NCBI GenBank assembly: GCA_963765495.1
Contig: CAVXWP010000005.1
Location: 1 to 64,000 of the forward strand
Source of the DNA: Blastocatellia bacterium
GTDB lineage: Bacteria > Acidobacteriota > Blastocatellia > UBA7656
DNA: 64,000 bases
Reading direction: 5' to 3'
In this document: positions 40,517 through 50,749 of the stretch, piece by piece
Numbering within the stretch: the stretch's first letter is position 1
Layout of the letters: each line of letters opens with the position of its first letter
Program-made: the position numbers and the translations under genes
The notes under the pieces: model-generated
The model's database searches: none
Told to the model about the DNA's origin: nothing
Seen by the model: only the letters and a program-made list of their open reading frames with translations

Positions 40517-40727
40517 GTCGGGATGTATGGTCGCCTTAATTTCACTGACTCTTGAGCGGAGCCTGTTTTTTATAGATTTTGCGTCCATAATGTCGCTATA
40601 GTTCGCCTAGACGATCTGGAGGCGGTATAGCTTTCTCGTCTCTTTTTGGTACAAGAGATTTTGCCGCTTGTATTGAAATGATATTCGAGCGTTCAGCCAT
40701 ACGCCTGATGACTGAACGCTCTATTCT

Positions 40728-41666
40728 TTATCGCGGTATGGTCGTAAGCTCGCTTATTCGCCCCCTCAGGGCATCGGCGAGGTCCTGGATTTCTTCGGGG
40801 CTATAATTGGCAGCGCGGAAGGCATCTTCTATCTGCTGCCGGGTCAATTGTGAAAGCAGTTTTCCGGCCCATCGAGCCTGCTCTCTTGTGATGTCGCGGA
40901 ATACGTCTTTGCGCTTGCCGCTATAGTGAAAATCTACGTACTCGCCCTTTAGTTCATCTATGAACTTCGCTTCTATGAAGTCTTCCGGGTTGTTGCGGCT
41001 GCGCGTGAGAAGGCTGCCCGTCTTGCCAAACGTAGCGCCGAGATCGCTAATGATATATTGCAGCTCATTTGCTCCGGTCGCCTCATTTCGCATAAACAGA
41101 ATCTTGTTATTTATGTCCTTGATGTCCCAATTGTTTAGCAGCAGCATCATGACTTTCAACCCCTGGAATTCGGGCGTCCCCACAAAGGGATTATCTTCCC
41201 AACCCCACTCATCAAGACGTTTAACATTCTTGGGTCGGGCTTCGAACCTGACATTTTCGAATGTGCCCTTGCCCTCGATTGTGACGCTCGGGACCAGATA
41301 AGTGATTTCCGTAAAGTAGCCCACCCCCCAGAGCAACCGTGTGGCGACCGTTTCGGGTTGCGCCTCCGCACCGATCTTGGCGACCCATTCACGGCCCGCG
41401 CCATCGCGCACGCGATACTTTTTCGAGTGCCCGCCTTTCTGATCTTTGATGAAAGTGACGTGGCTCAGATCTGGTTTCATAGCCTCTCCGCCCGTCCCCC
41501 AGAAAAGGTCGCGCGAAGTTAAATCGGTCGGCTCCTGCCATAAAATCGGCGTGCCGGTCGGTTTATGCTTTTTGTCATCCGGTATTCGGGCAACCGCGTA
41601 AGGCGAAAGGCCCGTTAGCAGAATGAATGATAAAACTATATAGGTGCTGACTTTATTCCTTAACAT
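40728..41666 (-). CDS. Secreted protein with atypical kinase-like motifs
   Basis: Signal peptide (AVA-R); GGHSKK, WVAKIG.E, NWDIKDIN and SDLG resemble the Gly loop, VAIK, DxKxxN and DFG motifs. Confidence 0.6.
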   Translation of the reverse strand: MLRNKVSTYIVLSFILLTGLSPYAVARIPDDKKHKPTGTPILWQEPTDLTSRDLFWGTGGEAMKPDLSHVTFIKDQKGGHSKKYRVRDGAGREWVAKIGAEAQPETVATRLLWGVGYFTEITYLVPSVTIEGKGTFENVRFEARPKNVKRLDEWGWEDNPFVGTPEFQGLKVMMLLLNNWDIKDINNKILFMRNEATGANELQYIISDLGATFGKTGSLLTRSRNNPEDFIEAKFIDELKGEYVDFHYSGKRKDVFRDITREQARWAGKLLSQLTRQQIEDAFRAANYSPEEIQDLADALRGRISELTTIPR

Positions 41667-41929
41667 GAACATTCCCTCCCCAAAACCCCCCATATTCGCT
41701 CGGCTCTCTCAAACGTCCAATTTTTACCGCTAATGTCTTATTACAAATTCTATTCCAGACCATATCTGGTCAATTTTGTCTTGCTGGCGTACATTGTCAT
41801 TGAGTAAATGGATGAATACGGTCTGCCGGTTGCAGGCTGAAACGCATTGGTTTACTTTACACAGGTAAGGTAAGCGGCTACCATCACACAGCTATTTATT
41901 TTGTCTGTTAGTGAGGTCAGAAATCTCCG

Positions 41930-43714
41930 ATGAATTGCCCGAAATGCAATCAGGTCTTAGCCGAAAGCGCGCGCTTTTGCCCGCAATGCGGGATGTCAAC
42001 GACCGGCGGCCAGCCTTCCTCCGATACCTCTACACCCACGCAAATAGGGCCGTCGAGCGTTTACGGTGTGGATAAACACGCGTCATCCTCAGACCCGATG
42101 ATAGGACAGGTACTCGAAAACAAGTATGAGATCATCGCCCGTCTTGGCGAAGGCGGAATGGGCGCGGTCTATCGCGCTCGCCGTGTTCACATAGGCGATG
42201 AAGTGGCGGTCAAAGTACTTCACGAGCAGTACGTGTCGGAAGCGTCGGCCCTCGAAAGATTTCGCCGCGAAGCCCGCGCCGCCGCCATGCTTCAACATCC
42301 CAATATCGTTTCGATCTATGATTACGGCGAGGCGCAGAGCAAAGACGCGCCCGCCTTTATCGTGATGGAACTTGTCAAAGGGCGGTCGCTTCGCTCGATA
42401 CTTGAGCGCGAAGGCAAGCTCGCGCCCGCTCGCGCCGTGGCGCTTATGAGAGCCATCTGCGCGGGCGTAGGCGCGGCCCATCGCAGCAACATAGTGCACC
42501 GCGACATCAAACCCGACAACATCATAATTCGCCCGCCCGAGGCCGAGGGCGAAGACGAAATGGCGAAGGTGCTCGATTTTGGAATCGCAAAGCTGCGCGA
42601 TGTTAAAACGGATCAGCATCTGACTCAGACGGGCGCAGTAATAGGCACGCCCTATTACATGTCGCCCGAGCAATGCCGCGCAGAAGACCTGGATTCGCGC
42701 TCGGATGTTTACAGTCTGGGAGCCATGCTTTACGAGATGATTGCCGGAGCGCCTCCATTCTCGGCGGCGACCGTAACAGGAGTCGTGGCCAAGCATTTGA
42801 TGGACCCGCCGCCGCCGCTTGCGCCACAACTCGGGGTGCCGCCCGCGATTGAAGCCGCCATCATGCGAGCCCTCGCCAAAGATCCAAACGCCCGCCAATC
42901 GGATGCTTCCGTACTTGCGCGAGAGCTTCAAATCGCACTGGCCGACACGCGCCCCCCGGCTTTAGCCGCCACACAGGTCACGCATAAGCCTGCCGGGCAA
43001 ACGGGTGTTTCTACAGCTAACAATACGCCGACTCTTATTACGGCGTCCGCGCAACCGGCATACTACAGCACCGCGCAGCCTGCGCCACGCTCATCGCGCG
43101 CCGGGCTTTTTATTGGAGCGGCTATCGCGATACTGGTCTTATTGATCGGCGGGGGCGCGGCTTTCTGGTTTATAACGAAGAGCAACGGCGAAGACGCAAA
43201 CCGCAATATCGCCGGAACAAATCAGGTCACTCCGCCCGATCAAAATTCGCAGGCCTCATCGGGCACAGCGCCGGTTTACCCGACCCTTCCATCAGTGAAT
43301 AACAATGCGCCGATACCAAACAACAACGTGTCGGGCATCAATAAAAACTCGACGCCCGCTCCGACTCCCATACCACCCGTCAAGGCGGAAAATAAAGGGG
43401 ATGATAATATAGACGATTCGGCCGTGGACGATGAGACTCAACCGGGGCGGGGCGATCTGAAAAGGGCCGAAAGAAAAGTAGTCAGCGGCGAGCTTTTGGA
43501 TAGAAGCGATATTGCCGGATTTTCGGCGCTCAATCTCAAGATATTGCGTAATGCGATCTATGCCCGTCACGGACGGTCTTTTAATACACCCGCTCTGCAA
43601 CGTTATTTCAACAGACAACCCTGGTACAGACCGCGCCCGGATTATCGAGATTCAGATTTGACTTCGGCGGATCGGGCTAATTTAAGACTGATAATGGCCG
43701 CCGAAAGGTATTGA
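41930..43714 (+). CDS. Zinc ribbon, Hanks-type Ser/Thr kinase, TM and YARHG domain protein
   Basis: CPKC/CPQC, LGEGGMGAVY, HRDIKPDN, DFG, TM helix, RNAIYARHG. Confidence 0.93.
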   Translation: MNCPKCNQVLAESARFCPQCGMSTTGGQPSSDTSTPTQIGPSSVYGVDKHASSSDPMIGQVLENKYEIIARLGEGGMGAVYRARRVHIGDEVAVKVLHEQYVSEASALERFRREARAAAMLQHPNIVSIYDYGEAQSKDAPAFIVMELVKGRSLRSILEREGKLAPARAVALMRAICAGVGAAHRSNIVHRDIKPDNIIIRPPEAEGEDEMAKVLDFGIAKLRDVKTDQHLTQTGAVIGTPYYMSPEQCRAEDLDSRSDVYSLGAMLYEMIAGAPPFSAATVTGVVAKHLMDPPPPLAPQLGVPPAIEAAIMRALAKDPNARQSDASVLARELQIALADTRPPALAATQVTHKPAGQTGVSTANNTPTLITASAQPAYYSTAQPAPRSSRAGLFIGAAIAILVLLIGGGAAFWFITKSNGEDANRNIAGTNQVTPPDQNSQASSGTAPVYPTLPSVNNNAPIPNNNVSGINKNSTPAPTPIPPVKAENKGDDNIDDSAVDDETQPGRGDLKRAERKVVSGELLDRSDIAGFSALNLKILRNAIYARHGRSFNTPALQRYFNRQPWYRPRPDYRDSDLTSADRANLRLIMAAERY

Positions 43715-43788
43715 AACAGGGAGGCCGCCAGTTACCCCCTGGAATACTTGAATCCCCACTGACGGCTCCCCTGCTGACTTGACTCGGA

Positions 43789-43929
43789 TCAAAGCAGCAC
43801 GATCAATAACACGATCAATAGAATCAATCCCAATCCGCCGCTCGGGTAATAGCCCCAGCTTCTGCTGTAAGGCCAAATAGGCGCGGCGAATAGAAGCAAT
43901 AAAACCAGCAATACAAGTAGAATTGACAT
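43789..43929 (-). CDS. DUF3309 family small membrane protein (46 aa; absent from the ORF track)
   Basis: MSILLVLLVLLLLFAAPIWPYSRSWGYYPSGGLGLILLIVLLIVLL; GAGG RBS. Confidence 0.88.
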   Translation of the reverse strand: MSILLVLLVLLLLFAAPIWPYSRSWGYYPSGGLGLILLIVLLIVLL

Positions 43930-43981
43930 ATCCGTTTACCTCTCTCAAATAGTTTTGACGCACACACCAGTTCGCTGTATT

Positions 43982-43997
43982 CGCAAAGCCTGTGCCA
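43982..43997 (-). promoter_or_regulatory. Putative sigma54 promoter
   Basis: TGGCACAGGCTTTGCG upstream of the DUF3309 gene. Confidence 0.72.
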
Positions 43998-44234
43998 GCA
44001 AGGATAACTACCAGGAGCCGTTTGAGTGGTGCCCTGTAAACCGGCGGGTGAGCCGATGCGGTTGAGGTTGATTAAAGCCTGTTCGGGCAGGGGTTTAAGT
44101 GTGGACCAAAGGCCCGGGTTATATGCTTTCTTCGATCTGCTCCAGGGTTGAAAATCAGGAATTTGAGCAAGCGATATAGTGTCTGGTGATTGACCAACCG
44201 CGATATGAAATCGTCTGTATCTAATACAGCATTG

Positions 44235-44345
44235 ATACGTGATTCGTGATTCGTGACTTTCAGGTAGTCCGCCTGTTTAAGACGATTTGCAAGCCAGCTT
44301 GCGTCACGAATCACGAATCACGTATCACGTATCGCGCACTACGCA
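44235..44345. repeat. (GATTCGT)n ... (ATCACGA)n palindromic heptamer element
   Basis: Inverted tandem heptamer arms just downstream of the M28 gene. Confidence 0.8.
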
Positions 44346-44352
44346 TCAGCCC

Positions 44353-46551
44353 CTATTTGCCTTCAAGCATTCGCGCGGCTTTATCAATCTCGGCCGCCAG
44401 CGCATTAAGGGCGGCGGTGGCATTTTTCATCTGAGGCTCAGCCTCATCCCAGTTTTTCTGCTCGAGGGCTTCGCGCACGCCGGGGATGGTCTTTACGCCG
44501 TAGCCGGTATAAAAGCCGGGCGCATAAAGCTGATGCTTGAACCAGGGACGGCGCGGCAGCCCCTGATCGTTTGTGAGTTGCCGTTCCGATTTGTAGAGCA
44601 ACTGATTTAGCGCGCTCATCTGTTTGACCTTCTCAAAATTCTTCTCGCTCGATTTGCCGAGGGCCTCTTCATATCTGCGCGCGCTTTCATCAAGCGCCCT
44701 GGCTGCCGACCTGAGCGGCGCAAGATCAATCGACTTCGGCGGTTTGCTCTTTGCCGCGAGCTTTTCTATCTCTTCGACATAGCCTTTAACCGTGTCTGAA
44801 AGATCGGTGAACTCGAAAGGCAGCACCTCGGCATCGGCCAGACGCATTATTACCGTGCCGTTAAACTGCGAAAGCGCGCGTCCGTACTCAAACGTCGAAT
44901 CCGAGAACTTCGTGTACCAGTAGAAAGAGTCATACACGGAATGATAGACCCCTCCGCCGCCCTCTCCGCCAAAGCCCGTGTTGAGCGCGGCTATTCCGAG
45001 GTGTTGAAGAAAGGGCGTGTAATCCGAACCCGACCCGAGCGCAGAGATGCGCACATCCTTGCGCTCGCGCACTTCTTTCTTGTCTTCGTCGGTTTTGGCC
45101 TGTTCGATCCGGCGCGCCTTGAGCGCGTCCAGAATAGATTTGTCTCCTTTAGGGTCCATCACATCGCGCGCCACTTCGTTGATGAAGTGTTCGAGCGTAT
45201 GCGATCCGCCCGCGCCGAGCCATCCTTTGCCCGTGCTGTCTGAGTTCAAATAGGCGACCGCTTTCTGCTTAAGTTCATCGGCGTGAGTCTCGACCCATTC
45301 GGTCGAGCCAAGCAAAGCGGGCTCCTCGCCGTCCCACGCGCAGAGTATGATAGTGCGTTTTGGCCGCCATCCCTTCTTGAGCAATTCGCCAAGCGCGCGG
45401 CCAGTTTCAAGCACCGTCACCATGCCGCTCGTAGGGTCGCTTGCTCCGTTCACCCACGCATCGTAGTGATTGCCCGAGATGACCCATTCATCGGGATACT
45501 GGCTTCCCTGAATGCGGGCGATCACATCATAAATGGTCTTTTGCGACCAGTCGAAGGCGAGTTTCAAATGCACGCGAGCCGGTCCCGGCCCTATGTGATA
45601 GGTGATGGGAAGCGCGCCGCGCCAGGATTCGGGCGCGACCGGCCCGCTCATCGCTTTAAGCAACGGCAGCGCATCGCCGTAAGAGATCGGCTGCACGGGT
45701 ATCTTCATTATCACATCGGCTTCTTCGCGGGCAATTCTTCGCGCGCCCTTCACCGCGCCCCAGCCTGGTGTAAGCGGGTCGCCCGGATGAATAGGCATGT
45801 CCATGACCGAGCCGCGCTGCACTCCCTGCTCCGGGCGGTAAGCCCCTTCGGGGAAAACATCTCCCTGAAAGTACCCGTCGTCGCGCGGATCGGAATAGAT
45901 CAAACAGCCGATAGCGCCGTGCTCGTAAGCCACCTTGGGCTTTATGCCTCGCCAGCTTCCACCATAACGAGCTATGACGATTTTGCCTTTGACATCGACG
46001 CCCATTTTTTCAAGCTCTTCGTAATCGGCAGGCACGCCGTAGTTGACATAAACGAGATGGCCCGTCACATCTCCGTCGGCTGAATAGGCATTATAGGTAG
46101 GCAGTTGATTGGCGTCGCCGGAATCGGGGTCTTCGGCAACCACAGGCTCTTTGAGTTGAGTCCGAAATCTTGTGGGTTCGATCATCTCAACCACGCGCTC
46201 TTTTGGCGTGGGAAACAATACCTGAAACTCTTCGATTTCGGCATCCAGCCCCCAGGAGCGGAAGTTGTTCAAAATCCATTCGGCGTTTTGCCTGTCATAA
46301 TCCGACCCTACGTGGTGAGGCTCGGCGGAAAGATGTTTCATGTATTCGCGCAGAAGTTGGGGCTCGGGAATGGCGCGCATCTGTTTTTCCCATTCCGCCT
46401 GAGCCTTCGCGCTCGAATCAGAGTATCCGCGAAGCGAGCGGTCGTTACTCTTCTCATTCGACTGGCCCTCAATCGCGGGAGCGAGACAATTGAAGGCGAT
46501 GATCAAAGACGCAACTATGCCGGTGATTTTTCTGCGTGCTTGACGGCTCAT
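44353..46551 (-). CDS. M28 glutamate carboxypeptidase II-like peptidase (PA and TfR dimerisation domains)
   Basis: YVNYG, GNHYDAW, GASDPTSG, WDGEE, LGSGSDY, YHSVYD. Confidence 0.93.
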   Translation of the reverse strand: MSRQARRKITGIVASLIIAFNCLAPAIEGQSNEKSNDRSLRGYSDSSAKAQAEWEKQMRAIPEPQLLREYMKHLSAEPHHVGSDYDRQNAEWILNNFRSWGLDAEIEEFQVLFPTPKERVVEMIEPTRFRTQLKEPVVAEDPDSGDANQLPTYNAYSADGDVTGHLVYVNYGVPADYEELEKMGVDVKGKIVIARYGGSWRGIKPKVAYEHGAIGCLIYSDPRDDGYFQGDVFPEGAYRPEQGVQRGSVMDMPIHPGDPLTPGWGAVKGARRIAREEADVIMKIPVQPISYGDALPLLKAMSGPVAPESWRGALPITYHIGPGPARVHLKLAFDWSQKTIYDVIARIQGSQYPDEWVISGNHYDAWVNGASDPTSGMVTVLETGRALGELLKKGWRPKRTIILCAWDGEEPALLGSTEWVETHADELKQKAVAYLNSDSTGKGWLGAGGSHTLEHFINEVARDVMDPKGDKSILDALKARRIEQAKTDEDKKEVRERKDVRISALGSGSDYTPFLQHLGIAALNTGFGGEGGGGVYHSVYDSFYWYTKFSDSTFEYGRALSQFNGTVIMRLADAEVLPFEFTDLSDTVKGYVEEIEKLAAKSKPPKSIDLAPLRSAARALDESARRYEEALGKSSEKNFEKVKQMSALNQLLYKSERQLTNDQGLPRRPWFKHQLYAPGFYTGYGVKTIPGVREALEQKNWDEAEPQMKNATAALNALAAEIDKAARMLEGK

Positions 46552-46767
46552 AGATTTCCTCCTGAGTTGGACAAAAAGTATATCCATCGCCCGCCTCAAG
46601 GCGCAACGAGAACGGATAGAATCCGTAGCGGTACAGGCTAAATTCAACGAAAGGCATGTTGAAATAGGCGCTCTTGCCCTGTCACAAAGATGCTCATTTC
46701 GTTGACAGCGCAGGCGCGGCTATTGTTAAATAGATCGTTGATATTTTGATACGAGAGAGCAGCAGTA

Positions 46768-47145
46768 TTGAAAATACGCGGCAACGTTAAGGACAAAGAG
46801 AAGGCAGGCGGGAGTTTTAAGACCGTCGCGCTCCTTTGTATTATGCTGCACGCGCTGCTGGTTTGCATCACGCATCATCACGGCAATGTCAGAAGCAAAG
46901 CCGTAGACTCAACCATCTCGCTGAGCGCACACACAAGCGATCATTCTGATGACCCGACCGGAACAAACGGGGATGCAGACTGTATCTCTTGCCGACTGCA
47001 ACGCAATTTCATCTCTGATGACCAACCCGCCTCGATAACCATAGAACTAGCCCCACGGCCCATAATTTCGGATACCGTATTTTCTGAACCTCATTCTTAC
47101 GGGCCGTTGTTACTTCTCTCTGATCGAGCGCCCCCGCTCGTCTGA
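46768..47145 (+). CDS. DUF2946-like leader protein (CxxC, C-terminal RAPP)
   Basis: Hydrophobic N-segment, HHH, CISC, ends SDRAPPLV; TTGACA at 46702 upstream. Confidence 0.75.
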   Translation: MKIRGNVKDKEKAGGSFKTVALLCIMLHALLVCITHHHGNVRSKAVDSTISLSAHTSDHSDDPTGTNGDADCISCRLQRNFISDDQPASITIELAPRPIISDTVFSEPHSYGPLLLLSDRAPPLV

Positions 47146-47340
47146 ATTTCACTCGTTAGCTGTAATTACTCTTCCGCGCCAAAGGCAATGCTTGCCCGAT
47201 GACGCGCGGTGAAGTGCCGATGCCCGGATAAATTCGGGGAATCGGTTTACGGTCAGGCTGCATGCTCGGCTCCGGGTCGAGAAGGCATCAATCCTGGCCC
47301 GGGCAGCCGATTCAATAAACAGTGGAATCAGGAGAAGTAA

Positions 47341-49782
47341 ATGATCAGATCATTTCTAGCAATAGCTATTCTTTTAACTATAGTGGCAAACGGCTGCGCT
47401 TCGGCGCTGGCCGCGACCGAAGATAATAACGGGCAGGCTACTGTGGGCGTTGTGCAGGGCCGGGTCCTGGACTCTACGGGCGCAGCGCTTGCGGGCGCAA
47501 GCGTTGTGTTATTAAACTCCATCACCAACTATAAGGTGAGCACGCAGACTGATGAGACGGGCGCGTTCAAAATCCAGAATGTCCCGTTCAATACCTATAA
47601 GATTACGGTCACACTCGAAGGATTTCAGACGGCCGAACAGAATGTAGACATCCACTCGGCTGTGCCTGAGCAGGTAGGTTTTGAGCTGAACGTTGCGGAA
47701 TTGACCGAGCAGGTCAACGTAACGGCCAGCGACAATCATATGATAGAAGGTGATCGCTCAAGCGCCGACACCGATCTCAACACGCCGTTGTTACTTCAAC
47801 AAATGGGTTCTGCGCCGTCGCACGGTCTTCAGAAAATGGTTCAATCCGTGCAGGGTGTGGTTGCAGACGACAACGGGCGCATACACCCGCGCGGCTCGGA
47901 ATCGAATGTGCAAACCGTGATAAACGGCGTGCCGGTCACCGAGAATCTGTCCTCCATCTTCGCCACCTCGATTGATCCGCGCACGGCCTCTCACGTGGAA
48001 GTGATTACAGGCGGCATACCGGCCGAGTTCGGCGACAAGCTGGGCGCAGTCGTCAACGTAAATACAAGGTCCGGCCTGGATATGCCCATCTCGGGTGAGA
48101 TCACAGGCGATGTGGGAAGCTTTTCGACCGGGGACGGGGCGGCGAGCTTTGGCGGACATGTAAAACAGTTTGGCTGGTTCACGGCCTTTTCGGGATCGAC
48201 TACACATCGCTATCTCGACCCGCCCACGCTCGAAAATTTTCACAACACAGGGCGTTCGGCAAGCAATCTGACCACGTTCGATTATGACCCTACATCAAAC
48301 GATTTTCTTAAGTTGACACTTATTTTCGGAGGCGCAAACTTTCAGGTGCCGAATCGCCTGGATCAGGAAATAGCGGGCCAGGACCAGCGCCAGCTTCTGC
48401 GCAACTATTCGGAGTCATTTTCCTGGCAGCACCTCTTCTCACAAACCGTGGTCGGCAATTTCTCCTTCTTCAACCGCAACTCGACCGCAGAGTTGAGATC
48501 CAATCCATTGTCTACGCCGGTGGTCGCTTTTCAGGACCGCAAGCTGACCAATTACGGCGTCATCGGGTCAATCTCGTATGCCGGTCACGGGCACTCGATC
48601 AAGACGGGTATTCAATACACCCGGACGCCGGTGCGTGAAAACTTCAGCTTCTATCCGACAGACACAAGTTTTTTCGAACCCATCTTTGATGAGAACGGAA
48701 ACGAGTTCCCAAATCCTGTTTTGCAGTTTTCTGCCGCAAACCCGTTTGTCTTCCGCGATAATCGAACGGGGCGCATGTGGTCGGGGTTCGTACAGGACAG
48801 ATTCTCGCCGTTCAAGAATCTCACGCTCGATCTGGGCGTGCGCTTTGATGATTACAAGCTGCTTGTACACGAGCACGCATTCAGCCCTAGAATTGGCCTC
48901 GCCTATCTGATACCGAGCACCCGGACCGTGCTGCGCGTCTCCTACAACCGGCTGTTCCAGTCGCCACCGGCAGAAAACCTTCTGCTTGCCGGATCGATTG
49001 AAGCCGCGCGCCTGTCTCCGCTCGCGGTGACAAGCGGCGAAATCGGGGTCAAGCCTATACGGCCCGACACCGAGCATGTCTTCGAATTGGGAGTACAGCA
49101 GCAAGTGACAAAGTTCGCGCGGTTGAGCCTGTCGGCTTACAACAAGCAGATCAGAAATTTCTCAGACAAAGATCAGTTTTTCGACACCGGGATAATATTT
49201 CCGATCTCGATCTTCGCGGGCCGGGTGAATGGAGTGGAAGCCCGGCTCGATACGGCCGAGTGGCACGGGCTGTCGGGCTTTATCAGCTATGCCAACTCGC
49301 GCTCATTCGGCATTACCCCGATAAACGGCGGCCTGTTTTTGGGCGAGGCGGTCGATACGCTTGACAATCCCGGACTCCGTTTCCCAAATGATCACGATGA
49401 GCGCAATTCCGGCCAGTTCCAGGTGAGCTATAAAAACGAAACAACCGGCTGGTGGACATCCTTCGGCGGGCGTTACGATTCGGGTGTGCCGGTTGATGTA
49501 GAACCGGGCACGACTCTGGCCGAATTCGTCGGGCAGGGTTTCGACGCCCGTCTCTATAACGAAGTAGACTTCCAGCGCGGGCGCGTCAAGCCGCGTACGA
49601 TACTCAATTTTTCAACCGGCGTAGAGTTGTTTAGAAAAGAGCGAGTGCAGGTCTCTACGTCTCTGAATGTTGATAATCTCGCAAACACGCTGTTTCTGTA
49701 CAATTTTGAGAGCGTCTTTTCAGGCACGCACGTAGGCCCGCCGCGACTGGTAAGCGGGCGGTTGACGCTCAAATTCAATTAG
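47341..49782 (+). CDS. TonB-dependent receptor with N-terminal carboxypeptidase-regulatory-like domain
   Basis: Signal peptide, GRVLDSTGA, plug GGIPAEFG, beta-barrel pattern, C-terminal LKFN. Confidence 0.92.
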   Translation: MIRSFLAIAILLTIVANGCASALAATEDNNGQATVGVVQGRVLDSTGAALAGASVVLLNSITNYKVSTQTDETGAFKIQNVPFNTYKITVTLEGFQTAEQNVDIHSAVPEQVGFELNVAELTEQVNVTASDNHMIEGDRSSADTDLNTPLLLQQMGSAPSHGLQKMVQSVQGVVADDNGRIHPRGSESNVQTVINGVPVTENLSSIFATSIDPRTASHVEVITGGIPAEFGDKLGAVVNVNTRSGLDMPISGEITGDVGSFSTGDGAASFGGHVKQFGWFTAFSGSTTHRYLDPPTLENFHNTGRSASNLTTFDYDPTSNDFLKLTLIFGGANFQVPNRLDQEIAGQDQRQLLRNYSESFSWQHLFSQTVVGNFSFFNRNSTAELRSNPLSTPVVAFQDRKLTNYGVIGSISYAGHGHSIKTGIQYTRTPVRENFSFYPTDTSFFEPIFDENGNEFPNPVLQFSAANPFVFRDNRTGRMWSGFVQDRFSPFKNLTLDLGVRFDDYKLLVHEHAFSPRIGLAYLIPSTRTVLRVSYNRLFQSPPAENLLLAGSIEAARLSPLAVTSGEIGVKPIRPDTEHVFELGVQQQVTKFARLSLSAYNKQIRNFSDKDQFFDTGIIFPISIFAGRVNGVEARLDTAEWHGLSGFISYANSRSFGITPINGGLFLGEAVDTLDNPGLRFPNDHDERNSGQFQVSYKNETTGWWTSFGGRYDSGVPVDVEPGTTLAEFVGQGFDARLYNEVDFQRGRVKPRTILNFSTGVELFRKERVQVSTSLNVDNLANTLFLYNFESVFSGTHVGPPRLVSGRLTLKFN

Positions 49783-49870
49783 GGAAGGGAGCTGAAATCT
49801 CGGATTTGAAATCTGAAATTTGAGATTTCAGCTTACTGATTAAGAAGGAGCGGGTCTTTAAGGTCACGCA

Positions 49871-50749
49871 TCACTCAGTGACGGGCACCCATAGCAGGGC
49901 GCGCCGTATGGGCTGAACATTATTGTGCTGAAGCCCGATTTCGAAAGTGTCGTATTCGTTTGCAACAATCAGATATTCGCTATAGAGCGCGCGCAACGCC
50001 TCGCTTGCCTCCTGTTCGATGCGGTCGAGGTCTTCGCTGAGTTCCACTTCTTCAAAGTTGTAAGGCTCGGGTTCGGGTCGGGCTTTGGTCGTGCCAAAGA
50101 CCGATCCGGCCAGGGTCGAAAACATCGCGGCCAGTCGGTTCTCGCTCTCGAAAAAACGCAGGTTTTGCGAAAGCAATCTCTCACCCAAATCTTCCGCGCT
50201 CAACCCCCTTGCCGAATGCGCCTCGCGCACCTGCTCGAAATGAAGTTCGAATCGGGTTCGCAATCTTCTCAGTTCCGGCTCGACTCGCCCGAGCGCCGCC
50301 TCGGCCACCCGATCAAGAAAATGTTCGAGCCCGTCGCCGGGAGCGGAAAATAATCCGAATACGGGGTTGAAAAAGATGCGAAGCCGCTCGCTTCGCGCAA
50401 GCTTGTCGGTCAACTCATTTGCGTACTGCTGCAAGTCTTCAGCCGTAGCGGTGTAATTCCCCCGGTGGTAGACGAAATTCGAATTAGGCCATGTCACCAG
50501 TTGAGATGATTCATTAAAGATTGCCGCGGGCGTGTCCCAATCAATAGCCAGATCAGATTCGGGGAGCCACGCCGTATAGTTGCGCTCTTCCGAGTAGTTC
50601 AAACCGGCGCGCAAGCTGCGAAAATTTATCGTGCATTCGACCAGTACGGCTGGCTTATGCAGACGGGCGACTTCTATATCAGGGCCGGACCTGAACCAGT
50701 ATTCCGGCACTCCTTCTATCTCGAATTTCCTGGGAGTTTGGTCGGCCAT
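49871..50749 (-). CDS. Hypothetical protein resembling the C-terminal region of HerA/DUF87-type ATPases
   Basis: Beta-rich start, then FSAPGD..F..R and coiled coil, ending LLWVP; no Walker A motif. Confidence 0.5.
   Translation of the reverse strand: MADQTPRKFEIEGVPEYWFRSGPDIEVARLHKPAVLVECTINFRSLRAGLNYSEERNYTAWLPESDLAIDWDTPAAIFNESSQLVTWPNSNFVYHRGNYTATAEDLQQYANELTDKLARSERLRIFFNPVFGLFSAPGDGLEHFLDRVAEAALGRVEPELRRLRTRFELHFEQVREAHSARGLSAEDLGERLLSQNLRFFESENRLAAMFSTLAGSVFGTTKARPEPEPYNFEEVELSEDLDRIEQEASEALRALYSEYLIVANEYDTFEIGLQHNNVQPIRRALLWVPVTE

Noticed and set aside
47146-47340. Cobalamin or other riboswitch before the TonB receptor
   Set aside because: No B12 box or other recognisable aptamer consensus; the RAPP leader explains the structure better.
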